Source: a virus (taxonomy: Duplodnaviria > Heunggongvirae > Uroviricota > Caudoviricetes). From it: 64,000 bases of DNA. Shown piece after piece: positions 1 through 9,623 of the stretch (the first letter of the stretch is position 1; every line of letters begins with the position of its first letter). The translations under genes and the position numbers were made by a program. Where the stretch lies: the IMG/VR virus record IMGVR_UViG_3300031413_000001; one strand, given 5' to 3'. The notes beneath the pieces were generated by a model. It saw only the letters and a program-made list of their open reading frames with translations, searched no databases and was not told the DNA's origin.

Positions 1-2
1 GC

Positions 3-1082
3 GTTGCTAGTGTTGGTTCTTGGTTCCAAGCCAGCAGTCCTCCGGGAAATGCCAGCGTTGGTATGTGGTTCCAAGCCAGCAGCCCTCCGGGAAATGCCAG
101 CATCAGTGAGTGGCAGGGAAGTGCCGATCAGAGAACCACTGATCTTTCCAAGGGAGTAATCTTTGCTGGCACGATCGCATTCAAGAAGATAAGCACCAGC
201 ACTTTCAATCCATTCAGCAATTTTGTCCTGACACAAAAGGCTAGAGCAAAGGTTCCCAGCAAGACCACATATTTGATTGACCAGAGGGCATTCAAGTATG
301 AGGACCAGCGTCAGAGTATTCGTCTTGCTGACAGTGCTGATCTAACCTATGAGCCATCGTTTGGTATCACAGCAACGTACACCAAGTTTACGCCAATATT
401 CCATCATGAGAACAATGTGGCTCCTCGTCGAGCAACAGTGTTCTTTTCCTATCAGGCAACCAAGGGTGATCGCAAAGCTGATGTCTCTTGGAGGGTAATG
501 CCAATGGGTCTTGGCCACCGTTATGCCGCTGGACACCTTCACCTCTATGGAACCGTTCTGCGGTATCACCAGAGGGATTGGGCGGATTACACCTACAAGA
601 ATGACCAGGTCTATGCACCCGGTCACTTCCATGTGGGAAATCACACCTTCCAGACTGCTGAGATGAAGACCGTGCATTTCGCAGGAGCGGAACTCCGAAT
701 CAAGCAGATTGCAGGCTATGTGGGCAAGCCAACGTTCCGCGCAGCGGAAATCAAGGGCAAAGCCGTAGTGGTGCCCACACTGAAGAAGGTATCGATCGCC
801 AGCGCAAAGCCGGCTTCGACCAGTCAGGTATCAGTAGCCAGGGCTGCATTTGGTGAGAACGCAATCAGCTGGCAGACTTTCCTGCCCCTTCAGACCGGTG
901 GTTTCGAGACTCCAGGAGAAGCAGAGTTCGCAGCTACGGCCTACAACAATGTCTTGCCCCTTACTGTCTATCAGCAGCCAGAGGGAACATTCAGCTATGT
1001 GTTCAAGCGCAACACTGAACTGGTATGTCAGATCAAGGGAACCAATATCTTTGCCGTCAAGTGGCTGATCGGAGGTGGCTAA
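3..1082 (+). CDS. probable virion structural protein, 5'-truncated by the window edge
   Basis: Frame is open from nt 3 (VASVGSWFQASSPPGNASVGMWFQASSPPGNAS...); beta-rich; coupled by a TAATG overlap to the Ig-like gene, followed by the LamG gene. Confidence 0.5.
   Translation, partial: VASVGSWFQASSPPGNASVGMWFQASSPPGNASISEWQGSADQRTTDLSKGVIFAGTIAFKKISTSTFNPFSNFVLTQKARAKVPSKTTYLIDQRAFKYEDQRQSIRLADSADLTYEPSFGITATYTKFTPIFHHENNVAPRRATVFFSYQATKGDRKADVSWRVMPMGLGHRYAAGHLHLYGTVLRYHQRDWADYTYKNDQVYAPGHFHVGNHTFQTAEMKTVHFAGAELRIKQIAGYVGKPTFRAAEIKGKAVVVPTLKKVSIASAKPASTSQVSVARAAFGENAISWQTFLPLQTGGFETPGEAEFAATAYNNVLPLTVYQQPEGTFSYVFKRNTELVCQIKGTNIFAVKWLIGGG
21..101 (+). repeat. 45-nt-period coding tandem repeat (WFQASSPPGNAS x2)
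   Basis: tggttccaagccagcag(t/c)cctccgggaaatgccagc at 21-56 and 66-101, one mismatch. Confidence 0.9.
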
Positions 1083-1759
1083 TGAGCGTTAGTTTGACCA
1101 ACACTCGTTTTGTACAGACGCATGCCAACGTAATTGATTTCGAGTGCCCCATGTTGGAATCAAACATTCCTCGTGGAGCCCGCGTTACATTCATTCCAAT
1201 TGACAACACGGCACCGGATTTCAGACCTGTCTATGGAATGTTCATGGACACTCTTCCCTACAATCCCGCGTGGGTTGAGGTGTGGCATGATGGCTTCCGT
1301 CTCGTCAACAGCACGTTGGATTTTGGAAAGACCTTCAGGGCTTTCCGTGTCAGCGGTCAGGTAATTTACTTTCAGGATCCCATCCTAGAAGGAACACTGA
1401 AGGTCTATGCCGATGGTGCATTCAACTATGATCTTCCCGAGTACACCATTGATGTCAACAACATCCAGGGCGCACAAACAAAGAACACCGTAGATGGGCA
1501 GATGCTCGCAGGGTATTTTTGTGAGCCAGTGATCCTCACGGAGCCTCGTCGTGGATACGTTCGACTTTCCGATGATCGCCACAGCTTGATCTTTATTCCT
1601 GAAACAGGTTGGGAAGGCTACGATAGCTTCAGCTACGTTATGATAAATGATCGTGGACAAGCCAGTGAGCCCAAGTGCGTTTTCATTACCGTTGGTGAGC
1701 CCAAGGGTCCAACCAAGCCTGTTACCGGCGAGGGTAGCACTGATGATCCCAAGGAGTAA
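1082..1759 (+). CDS. virion-associated protein with C-terminal Ig/cadherin-like (Big_9-type) domain
   Basis: GYVRLSDDRHSLIFIPETGWEGYDSFSYVMINDRG matches the Ig-like 'YTP..gf.G.DsFtY' pattern; ATG overlaps the upstream TAA. Confidence 0.6.
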   Translation: MSVSLTNTRFVQTHANVIDFECPMLESNIPRGARVTFIPIDNTAPDFRPVYGMFMDTLPYNPAWVEVWHDGFRLVNSTLDFGKTFRAFRVSGQVIYFQDPILEGTLKVYADGAFNYDLPEYTIDVNNIQGAQTKNTVDGQMLAGYFCEPVILTEPRRGYVRLSDDRHSLIFIPETGWEGYDSFSYVMINDRGQASEPKCVFITVGEPKGPTKPVTGEGSTDDPKE

Positions 1760-1762
1760 GCC

Positions 1763-2401
1763 ATGCTGGTAGGAACTATTCTATATGATGGCGTGGCACG
1801 AACTGACTTGTTGCTTCGCATGACCAACAGCTTTACCAATCAGGTAAACGGAGGGCAGTCAAGCCTGTCCAACAACGCTCGACCAACAACGGTCTCCAAC
1901 TATATGCTGTTCACTGGAACTCAGGCGGTTCGCTTTTCCAACAACAATGCAGTGTGGCATCTTTCCACCCCCTATAGTGTGGAAATGGAAGTTTACATTG
2001 ATGAGCCGGGTACCAGGTGGATTGCAACTTTGGGTGAAGGCTTTGGTGCGGGTTGGCCTGAGTGGACGATCAGTCACAATGGATCCAATATACTCTTCAA
2101 TAGCAGCACAACCAACAACGGCTACACAACCAGTTTGACCATGGTAAGCAATTACCAGGCAAAGCAATGGTACCGTCTGGGATTCATGTTTTACGCTCAG
2201 GGTGATAGCACGCGAGTCCGCTTGTATGTCAACAACACCCCAGTGGGCGACTATGCCATGCCGGTCCCCTACACGACGGCAAACGGCCTTTCAATTGGTT
2301 CGGACTGGACCTATAACACCTCAACGGGTGCCAGTGCTCGAATCTTCAAGGGTCGAATCCGCAATGTGACGATTGGTAGAAGTGGCTTTTGGACGGTGTG
2401 A
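1763..2401 (+). CDS. LamG/concanavalin A-like domain protein (tail-associated)
   Basis: YSVEMEVY...QWYRLGFMF...RLYVN...LSIG...FKGRIRNVTI pattern. Confidence 0.7.
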   Translation: MLVGTILYDGVARTDLLLRMTNSFTNQVNGGQSSLSNNARPTTVSNYMLFTGTQAVRFSNNNAVWHLSTPYSVEMEVYIDEPGTRWIATLGEGFGAGWPEWTISHNGSNILFNSSTTNNGYTTSLTMVSNYQAKQWYRLGFMFYAQGDSTRVRLYVNNTPVGDYAMPVPYTTANGLSIGSDWTYNTSTGASARIFKGRIRNVTIGRSGFWTV

Positions 2402-2464
2402 TCCAATAGTGATTTCTGGACACCAGGTGCGTTAGGGTATCCATAAATCCAAATGGAGAACCCA

Positions 2465-2872
2465 ATGAGCGAAAACTACCTGAACGAATATGGCGCCTTC
2501 GTGGATGCCGTGACCAGCGATGCCAGCAAGAACAAGGAAGCATTCCTAGCTCGTGTTGGTGACCTGTATGACCAGGGCTGCAATGTTGAGCGTCTTCTAA
2601 CCGGCGCATGTGGCATGAGTGCAGAGTCGGGCGAGTTCATGGAAATCGTCAAGAAGATGCTCTTCCAGGGCAAGCCTTTTGATGAGGCCAATAAGTATCA
2701 TATGATGCGCGAGCTCGGCGATGTGATGTGGTACTTTGCAAACGCCTGCACGGCACTGGGTCTGGACCCCTACGAGGTCTTGGACGAAAACGTCAAGAAG
2801 CTGGAAAGCCGCTTTCCTGGTGGCAAGTTCAGCATTGAGCGTAGTGAAAACAGAAAGTCTGGTGACATTTGA
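2465..2872 (+). CDS. MazG-like NTP pyrophosphohydrolase
   Basis: ESGEFMEIVKK...ELGDVMWY...NVKKLESRFP; GGAG RBS. Confidence 0.85.
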   Translation: MSENYLNEYGAFVDAVTSDASKNKEAFLARVGDLYDQGCNVERLLTGACGMSAESGEFMEIVKKMLFQGKPFDEANKYHMMRELGDVMWYFANACTALGLDPYEVLDENVKKLESRFPGGKFSIERSENRKSGDI

Positions 2873-3240
2873 TTGACCATCCATTTCTCTCCTTTAAGGA
2901 TCTAAGTGACGATGAGCTCTTGCAGAAAACGCAGGACATTCATCGTAACCTAAGCCGTGCCTCCATGTGGGGTTCCAGTCTTGACACCATCAACCAATTG
3001 GAGTGGATGTTGGAAATGATTGATGAGGAGAAAATGGAAAGGGCACAGAAGGCAAACTTCGACGCCATGGTTGCCATGTTCCCGGACACCGTTGAGTCCG
3101 ATCCCGATTTCAAGGCATCCAAGGGTGAGACTGAGGACGACAGCAAGACAACGATTGTCAAGCCAGCTTCTCGCAAGCCTCAGAATCTTCCTGCTCCCTT
3201 GTTTCACAAGGAATACACGGACAAAGACGACCAAAAATAA
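2869..3240 (+). CDS. hypothetical protein
   Basis: 123-aa ORF overlapping the upstream stop. Confidence 0.6.
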   Translation: MIDHPFLSFKDLSDDELLQKTQDIHRNLSRASMWGSSLDTINQLEWMLEMIDEEKMERAQKANFDAMVAMFPDTVESDPDFKASKGETEDDSKTTIVKPASRKPQNLPAPLFHKEYTDKDDQK

Positions 3241-3447
3241 TGACAAGACCCCAACCTGTTCACTATGGTATAAGAGATTAAACGTAGGAAACAGGTTGGG
3301 TTTTGAAGCTCAGGCACTAAATACCATGAACGACGACAGGATGTCCAATAGGGCTGCTCAAGTCTTGTGGTTGTGTTGCTGGCCAGCAATTAACCCTTCA
3401 TGCCGCATCCGCGGTAGTGTTCCTACGTTCCTTCTTTGGGGACTGTA

Positions 3448-4185
3448 ATGGACGAACACGACGACAACACCATGCCCAATCACCTGTTCATTAGCCTGCG
3501 CTATGAGTTCAAGGCTACCAGGATCATCGATCAGCGGCTTTCTCCCACCACCATCAAAATCAAAGCAGATGTGTCCACACTGGAACACGTTGACGATCAG
3601 GGCCTTCCCGTAGAGGAAGACTCCGACGACTACGGTACCCGTATGGAAGTCGCACTTGCAAAGATGAGCTACTGGGTAGAGCGTGTTCTAAACAACTCCA
3701 TCTTGCTTCACAGCGACAATGAGTGGGCACTTGATCGCTTTTCTGAAGGCGACAGTCCCAGTTGCACCAACGCACTCATCCTCTGCCCAGAGGAACCCAC
3801 CGATGCCTGCTTGGCGGAACTTCTGCTCTGCAAGTTCAAGGCATTAACCAAGGGTGCATTCTCATTCCATGCCATTGACATCGAGAGCACCGATGGTCGA
3901 GGAATGGGCTTTACCTTTGTGGGTCTTCGTCCCGGCGAGAGCTTTGCCAGCGACGTGGAATGGCTCACTGAAAGCAACTTCTTCTCGCGTCCTTGGTGGC
4001 ATCGCGATGACGCATCCAGCATGGATGTGGTTCCCGACGAAGGTGATGACTTGAATAAGCCACCAGCTTGGGCGTATAGTCTGGGCTTTATTGCGGATCA
4101 GATGGCGAATCCACAGGCACCCAGCAATGTGATTGTGCGTCCTGAATTCCGTCCCCGCGTAATTGATGGTGGTAAGGTAGACTGA
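3448..4185 (+). CDS. hypothetical phage protein
   Basis: Long ORF with phage-like codon use, coupled to the next gene. Confidence 0.7.
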   Translation: MDEHDDNTMPNHLFISLRYEFKATRIIDQRLSPTTIKIKADVSTLEHVDDQGLPVEEDSDDYGTRMEVALAKMSYWVERVLNNSILLHSDNEWALDRFSEGDSPSCTNALILCPEEPTDACLAELLLCKFKALTKGAFSFHAIDIESTDGRGMGFTFVGLRPGESFASDVEWLTESNFFSRPWWHRDDASSMDVVPDEGDDLNKPPAWAYSLGFIADQMANPQAPSNVIVRPEFRPRVIDGGKVD

Positions 4186-4718
4186 TGCAGTTCAAGGGCC
4201 GTTCAACTGACGAGTGGGGAAATGTGATCTTTGACACGGATGGTCTGATTGATCATCTGATGCGGGGAAATCACCTTACCAGTGAGATGACGGCCCACCC
4301 TGTAGAGGGCGTGGTGCGCTTTAATGCGCTCTGCAAGGAATACGACCACCCCGATGATCAGGTGGGCGAGTATCAGGAACCCACATTCCCAGTCAAGGAT
4401 TGGGACGAGGCTCACCAGAGCCAGTGGTTTATTCCCGAGCCCTATGCAAGTCTGGACGTCCAGGAGTTTCTCCTAATGAGGTGCCAGAATGAGGCACAAA
4501 TTGAGAGAATACTCTACGAGTGGACTCTCTTCGAGGAAAGGAACATGATTCCCCTTCTGCGCTTTCTCGTCTATGCGGTAAATCACTTCCGTGAGAATGA
4601 TATCGTGTGGGGTGTGGGACGTGGATCCAGTGTTGCCTCCTATGCACTTTTTCTAATTGGCGTGCATCGTGTTGACAGTATGGCGTTCGATCTGGACATT
4701 CGAGAGTTCCTCAAGTAA
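4185..4718 (+). CDS. short DNA polymerase III alpha (DnaE)-like protein
   Basis: IVWGVGRGSSVASYALFLIGVHRVD matches the DnaE GxGRGSxxxSLVxYxLgIT motif; only 177 aa. Confidence 0.75.
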   Translation: MQFKGRSTDEWGNVIFDTDGLIDHLMRGNHLTSEMTAHPVEGVVRFNALCKEYDHPDDQVGEYQEPTFPVKDWDEAHQSQWFIPEPYASLDVQEFLLMRCQNEAQIERILYEWTLFEERNMIPLLRFLVYAVNHFRENDIVWGVGRGSSVASYALFLIGVHRVDSMAFDLDIREFLK

Positions 4719-4775
4719 CCCGCTGGTTAACTACGCATAAATAAGAACATAGGGTCGTATAGGAGGAGCACCACA

Positions 4776-5144
4776 ATGGCTCGCAACGGTTTTAGGAACA
4801 AGGCAGTTTCCATGCGCGGTGTCGAAATTGACATGGACGCGCTGAGTGCCGCAAATGAAAGTAGCCGAGCAATCGGCAATGGGCGTATGAATGCTCGCGG
4901 CGACATCATGGGCGCCGGTGGTCAGATCGAGGTTCGTAGGGAACAGATTGCTCGTGACTACTATGCGAACAACCCTCAGGCAGCAAAGCAGGTTTCGTTG
5001 AAGCCCGCACTTCCTGATGTGTTCGAAACCCCGGAGGAAGCAATGAACCGTCTGGTCAGCAGCAGGGTCGCGGAGACCGATGCTCCTGAGGGATTGGCTC
5101 AGCGTCCAAGGGGTCGTAAGCTAGTGGACAAGAGTGACGACTAA
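4776..5144 (+). CDS. hypothetical phage protein
   Basis: AGGAGGAG RBS; TAAATA upstream at about 4738. Confidence 0.7.
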   Translation: MARNGFRNKAVSMRGVEIDMDALSAANESSRAIGNGRMNARGDIMGAGGQIEVRREQIARDYYANNPQAAKQVSLKPALPDVFETPEEAMNRLVSSRVAETDAPEGLAQRPRGRKLVDKSDD

Positions 5145-5174
5145 GAACTTTGGTTTGTAACCGGAGACATTCAA

Positions 5175-5516
5175 ATGAGTCGCTACAATTATTCAAAGAT
5201 CCGCGGTGACATTCGCCCAGTCCGAGATCACATCCTTGTGATCAACATGGAAAAGGGTGAAAAGGTTACCAAGGGTGGTATTATCACGCTTGATGACAAT
5301 GGCAAGGATCGGGGTATCCGTCCTCGCTGGGCACAGGTCTGGCGCGTTGGTCATGAGCAGACTGACATCAAGGTTGGACAGTGGGTTCTAGTGGAACATG
5401 GTCGTTGGACCTATGGCGTTGAAGCTGAGATTCCCGAGAGCGCCGATGAAGTACATTATGTTCAGCGCGTAGACGTAACTGGTGTATTGGGTGTTCAGGA
5501 TGACTGCCCCTTCTAA
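5175..5516 (+). CDS. groES: co-chaperonin GroES (Cpn10)
   Basis: IRPVRDHILV...TKGGII...VGHEQTDIKVGQWVL. Confidence 0.8.
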   Translation: MSRYNYSKIRGDIRPVRDHILVINMEKGEKVTKGGIITLDDNGKDRGIRPRWAQVWRVGHEQTDIKVGQWVLVEHGRWTYGVEAEIPESADEVHYVQRVDVTGVLGVQDDCPF

Positions 5517-5709
5517 TCCACTTAAAATGGTTGTCTGGATTCAAGACAACGATCATTTTCAAAACATGAATGATTTCATAGCATTCAACAGATCCAAAGT
5601 TGTCGATTATTCTTGGTATCACGGTTTCATAGGTGAGCCATCAAGTAGTTTGACAATTGAATTTGGCAATGTATCCGACGCTTTGCTGTTTAAGTTGAAG
5701 TACGGTTGA
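5500..5709 (+). CDS. FKLxW-motif family small protein
   Basis: C-terminal IEFGNVSDALLFKLKYG. Confidence 0.7.
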   Translation: MTAPSNPLKMVVWIQDNDHFQNMNDFIAFNRSKVVDYSWYHGFIGEPSSSLTIEFGNVSDALLFKLKYG

Positions 5710-5713
5710 AGTC

Positions 5714-6076
5714 ATGCAGGCAGAGCCCATCACACTGGATGGAACCTCAAGGGGTTCCATCCAAACCTTTTTCTATCCCGTCTGTTATGTTCAGATCTTC
5801 CGCCCCTGTAGCTGGACAGATCTCCACGCCTTTATGGAAGAAGGCGATACATTCCGACAGGAGATGAGCAAGCGAGCCCACTGGCTTGACGAGCAAAAGA
5901 TCCGACACCGTATGAAATATGATCGTGTGATTGACGATCCTGACCGTCCACACTATTATAGACTTTTCATAGAGTTCTCCACTATGGATGGAGCGGAGCA
6001 GTACATTGAACGGTGGACCGAGTGGGCAGCAGAATTAAGCACCAAGTTGCTCGATATGCTTGGGAAGTTGACGTAA
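5714..6076 (+). CDS. FKLxW-motif family protein (divergent)
   Basis: HWLDEQ...IEFSTMDGAEQYIERW. Confidence 0.55.
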   Translation: MQAEPITLDGTSRGSIQTFFYPVCYVQIFRPCSWTDLHAFMEEGDTFRQEMSKRAHWLDEQKIRHRMKYDRVIDDPDRPHYYRLFIEFSTMDGAEQYIERWTEWAAELSTKLLDMLGKLT

Positions 6077-6363
6077 CGTTCATTCGAACCTACGAGCGCT
6101 ATCCCCAGTCCCAGGGCAAGACCACTTCCACCAGCGTGACACTCAACGACATTCGAGACAAGCTGGTCCGAATGGGCGAGCACGAGAAGTGGCAAAACCG
6201 TGGCAAGGACTGGTGCGCCGAACATACAAAAGATCGGTGGACCTTTGGAGACTTCCGTGTCAAGGAAGATGGATCCGGAGATGTCCAGCGAGTAGAGACA
6301 AAGTTCACATTCAATGACCGACACGATGCAATCATGTTTCAGCTGGTCAAGGATCGACTATGA
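6013..6363 (+). CDS. FKLxW-motif family protein
   Basis: DWCAEH...FTFNDRHDAIMFQLV; start uncertain. Confidence 0.65.
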   Translation: MDRVGSRIKHQVARYAWEVDVTFIRTYERYPQSQGKTTSTSVTLNDIRDKLVRMGEHEKWQNRGKDWCAEHTKDRWTFGDFRVKEDGSGDVQRVETKFTFNDRHDAIMFQLVKDRL

Positions 6364-6680
6364 GCAATGAGCTCCGATCCGAGTATGAGCACGGACAGAT
6401 CTGGATAACACCAAGTGGTGAATATGCGGTCTTGATGTCTTACGATTTCCATGCACGAAGTACCTTTCTATCACGCGCTGACTATCTGTCCATGAAACTC
6501 CACGAAGATCTGTATGAGTGGCTTGATGCAATGGGACCCAAAGTTCCTCACATCACGAACCTCACCTGTGATATTCATCCCTGGAGACACCGGCCCTTTA
6601 TCCCAGGGTCGGAGGGACTTCATGCCTTCTTTTTCTATCGCCGGAGGAATGCCTCGTTGTTCAAGCTTCGCTGGACTTGA
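6360..6680 (+). CDS. FKLxW-motif family protein
   Basis: EWLDAM...FFFYRRRNASLFKLRWT. Confidence 0.75.
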   Translation: MSNELRSEYEHGQIWITPSGEYAVLMSYDFHARSTFLSRADYLSMKLHEDLYEWLDAMGPKVPHITNLTCDIHPWRHRPFIPGSEGLHAFFFYRRRNASLFKLRWT

Positions 6681-6710
6681 CAAACTGGTAGCCAGTGCTA
6701 ATATTGGAGC

Positions 6711-7142
6711 ATGAAGCACTACCGCCCCATAAAGACCTTTGCCACTTGGCTTCTTGAGCGCGTTTCAATCCACTTGCCTTTTGAGGGCGGACGTGATTGG
6801 GGCGGAAAAGATCACGAGCATTGGATCGAGGAGCATCTTGAATTAGATCGCCAGGTAACCGGTGATCTTCGAGCAAACATCTACAGTCACAGTGGAAGCG
6901 GCTTTCCCATAGCTGGACGTCCCCACCTTCACTATTTCAATTTTCCAACCGCTGAGCAAGCGGATCTTTTTCAAGCCACATGGGGTGGAGTCCGAAGCAC
7001 GGAGACTATGAAGGAAACAGCCCGGAGGAATGAATCCATCTGGGGCAACTTCACAGCCGATGATATGCTGCACCTCTATGGTGACCCACTTCCCAACATA
7101 ATTCAGTACCATCTTTCCTACATGCAGGATCATGGCGGTTAA
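6711..7142 (+). CDS. FKLxW-motif family protein with C-terminal extension
   Basis: HWIEEH...FNFPTAEQADLFQATWGG; TTGACA promoter-like element at about 6677. Confidence 0.65.
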   Translation: MKHYRPIKTFATWLLERVSIHLPFEGGRDWGGKDHEHWIEEHLELDRQVTGDLRANIYSHSGSGFPIAGRPHLHYFNFPTAEQADLFQATWGGVRSTETMKETARRNESIWGNFTADDMLHLYGDPLPNIIQYHLSYMQDHGG

Positions 7143-7160
7143 AGTAACCGCTTCAGTCAC

Positions 7161-7550
7161 ATGCACCAACAGTGGGCGCATCTTGATTGGGTTCCGGGTG
7201 CGTTTCTTCACAGGGATCGCCAGTGCCAAGATGACGAGATAGAAGTGATCTGCTGGTTCGCAGATACTCTACAGCATCAGGTTACCCCAGATGATGAGCA
7301 TGGGTGGCAGCGTCGTTGGCATCAGTACGCCAGCAACGTCTATGAGTTCGACGATCCCTATGTTGCCAAAATGTTCATGCTACGTTTTGGCTGCGATCCT
7401 ATTCCCGAGAAGTACCGCTTTCGTGGAGACGAGATTGCGCGGAAGCTGGTACCCCATGTTTCGGGCATTCGTCACGCAACGGGCAAAGGGTACATTTGGG
7501 AGAGGACGGCCAGCATACCCGATTACCAAAGTCCACTAATAAGGGGTTGA
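7161..7550 (+). CDS. FKLxW-motif family protein with C-terminal extension
   Basis: CWFADTL...YEFDDPYVAKMFMLRFG. Confidence 0.6.
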   Translation: MHQQWAHLDWVPGAFLHRDRQCQDDEIEVICWFADTLQHQVTPDDEHGWQRRWHQYASNVYEFDDPYVAKMFMLRFGCDPIPEKYRFRGDEIARKLVPHVSGIRHATGKGYIWERTASIPDYQSPLIRG

Positions 7551-8094
7551 ACCACTTCCAGTATTTGCGTGGAAGTTTTTCCCTCAGGACCTCTTCGGTT
7601 TCATTGGCGTCCTTGGTGTCCACGTAACCCCAGATATTCATGATACGATGAACGTGAGTGTCAACGGTCATGGTCGTTTGACCAAAGCCTGAATCCAAGG
7701 TCAGATTGGCGGTCTTTCGTCCCACGCCGGGAAGGCTCAAGAGGTCGTCCATGTTGTTGGGAACCTTGCCCCCAAAACGATCGATAATCTGCTGGCTGGT
7801 TTGTTGCACGAACTGAACCCGTCGACTGGTGTGTCCAAGGGGCCGTAGAAGCCCAGAGAGCTCCTCTACGGGCATCTGGGCGATCTGCTGGGGCGTTGAT
7901 GCTATTTCAAAGAGACTGTTCTCTACGCGCTCCACAGTTGCTCCACGAGCACGAAGACTGAGCAGTGTTCCTATCAGGGCACGAAAGGGTTCCTGTCGGT
8001 GGAAGCCCGTGTAAGCGTGACCAGTTTCCTTCTTCATGTACGCCTTCAGCGTATCAAGAGCCGCGGGCGCATCAAGCGTTTCGTTGGTAGACAT
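7399..8094 (-). CDS. nth: endonuclease III (HhH-GPD glycosylase/AP lyase, 4Fe-4S)
   Basis: LLSLPGVGRKTAN (HhH), VDTHVHRI, CWPSSPKCTLCPLRDEC. Confidence 0.93.
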   Translation of the reverse strand: MSTNETLDAPAALDTLKAYMKKETGHAYTGFHRQEPFRALIGTLLSLRARGATVERVENSLFEIASTPQQIAQMPVEELSGLLRPLGHTSRRVQFVQQTSQQIIDRFGGKVPNNMDDLLSLPGVGRKTANLTLDSGFGQTTMTVDTHVHRIMNIWGYVDTKDANETEEVLREKLPRKYWKWFNPLLVDFGNRVCWPSSPKCTLCPLRDECPKHGVPASAQSRLHESGTSRE

Positions 8095-8190
8095 AATCTA
8101 ACTTAGCAAACGGTTACCGAGACGCAAGAGTAAATTGACTCTGGACACCAGAACACCGTAATGTGTGGCATACCTGATAGGAGTTTTCCA

Positions 8191-9129
8191 GTGTCCACAC
8201 CAGACCTTTGGGTCGAGAAGTACCGCCCCAACACGCTCGAGGGATACGTCTTCAAGAACGACCATATTCGAGCACAGATTGAAAGCTGGATTCAAAATCC
8301 AGAGGGCAAGAACATTCCCTTCCCACACCTGCTTCTAAGTGGCAGCCCTGGCGTTGGTAAGACAACTCTGGCAAAACTTCTGCTCAACGAACTGGGCGTC
8401 AACAAGTATGATATCTTGGAGCTCAATGGATCCAGGGATAACGGTGTTGACTATGTTCGGGACACGATCGTCAACTTCTGTTCCACTTATCCAAATGGCG
8501 ATTACAAGGTTGTTCTACTGGATGAGGGCGACTACCTGACCCATCAGGCACAGGCTATTCTACGTAATGAAATGGAGCGTTTCAATGAAAGCGTTCGTTT
8601 CATCATCACTTGCAACCTGCCGCACAAGATCATGGCCGCGCTGCATAGCAGGATGCAGGGAATCCACTTTGATTCGCTGGACATGGAAAGCTTCTACGGT
8701 AGGGTTCTTGAGATCCTAACGCTGGAGAACGTCACGTTTGATATTGATGATCTGGAACTGTACGTCAGGAACTCCTTTCCCGATCTTCGAAAGTGCATCA
8801 ATCTTCTAGATCAGCATACGCAGAACAGCGTACTGACGCCCCTGAAGGAATCCAGTGCTACTTCACTCAATTACATGGAAGATGTCGTTGAGCTGTTCAA
8901 GGCACGGAACTTCACGCAGGCACGAAAGCTGATCGTCAGCAGCGCAGACATCAATGATTACGAGGACATCTTCCGTTTCCTCTACAAGAATCTTCAACTG
9001 TTTGGTGACACTGAGGAAGTGCAGAGCGCGGCCATTGTGGTGATCGCACGTGGTCTCCGCAGTCATGCGATTTGTGCCGACGCGGAGATCAACCTAGCAG
9101 CAACATTGGTAGAATTGAGTCAGCTATGA
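8191..9129 (+). CDS. clamp loader AAA+ subunit (gp44/RFC-like)
   Basis: LWVEKYRP, GSPGVGKTT, VLLDEGD, SRMQ; GTG start after GGAG. Confidence 0.93.
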   Translation: MSTPDLWVEKYRPNTLEGYVFKNDHIRAQIESWIQNPEGKNIPFPHLLLSGSPGVGKTTLAKLLLNELGVNKYDILELNGSRDNGVDYVRDTIVNFCSTYPNGDYKVVLLDEGDYLTHQAQAILRNEMERFNESVRFIITCNLPHKIMAALHSRMQGIHFDSLDMESFYGRVLEILTLENVTFDIDDLELYVRNSFPDLRKCINLLDQHTQNSVLTPLKESSATSLNYMEDVVELFKARNFTQARKLIVSSADINDYEDIFRFLYKNLQLFGDTEEVQSAAIVVIARGLRSHAICADAEINLAATLVELSQL

Positions 9130-9623
9130 GCGATCTACAAACGGCTATTGATGCCATGAACGGCACCACCAAATGGGACATTCGCTATCTAGAGATGGCA
9201 CGTCTGGTTGCCAGCTGGAGCAAGGACCCCAGCACGCAAACTGGTGCGGTGGTTGTTCGTCCCGACAACAGCGTTGCCAGCGTGGGCTATAATGGATTTC
9301 CACGTGGAATCCAGGATACTCCTGATCGCTATGAGGATCGTGAAGTCAAGTACAGCTACATCGTCCATTGTGAGATGAATGCCGTCTTGAGTGCCCACAC
9401 AACCGTGCGCGGTGACACACTCTACACTTGGCCATTCTTTTCCTGTGATCGGTGCGCCATGCACATGATTCAGGCTGGAATCACCAGGGTAGTGGCACCA
9501 AGTTGTCCACCGGACAAGCAGGATCGTTGGGCTGCAATTCTCGAAGACAGCAAGGCTCGCTTTCGTGAAGCCGGCGTGGAAGTCGTTGAAATTCCCTACG
9601 AGATCTTTGAGGAAAACAAATGA
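9126..9623 (+). CDS. dCMP deaminase
   Basis: SKDPSTQTGAV, GYNGFPRG, HCEMNA, SCDRC. Confidence 0.9.
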   Translation: MSDLQTAIDAMNGTTKWDIRYLEMARLVASWSKDPSTQTGAVVVRPDNSVASVGYNGFPRGIQDTPDRYEDREVKYSYIVHCEMNAVLSAHTTVRGDTLYTWPFFSCDRCAMHMIQAGITRVVAPSCPPDKQDRWAAILEDSKARFREAGVEVVEIPYEIFEENK

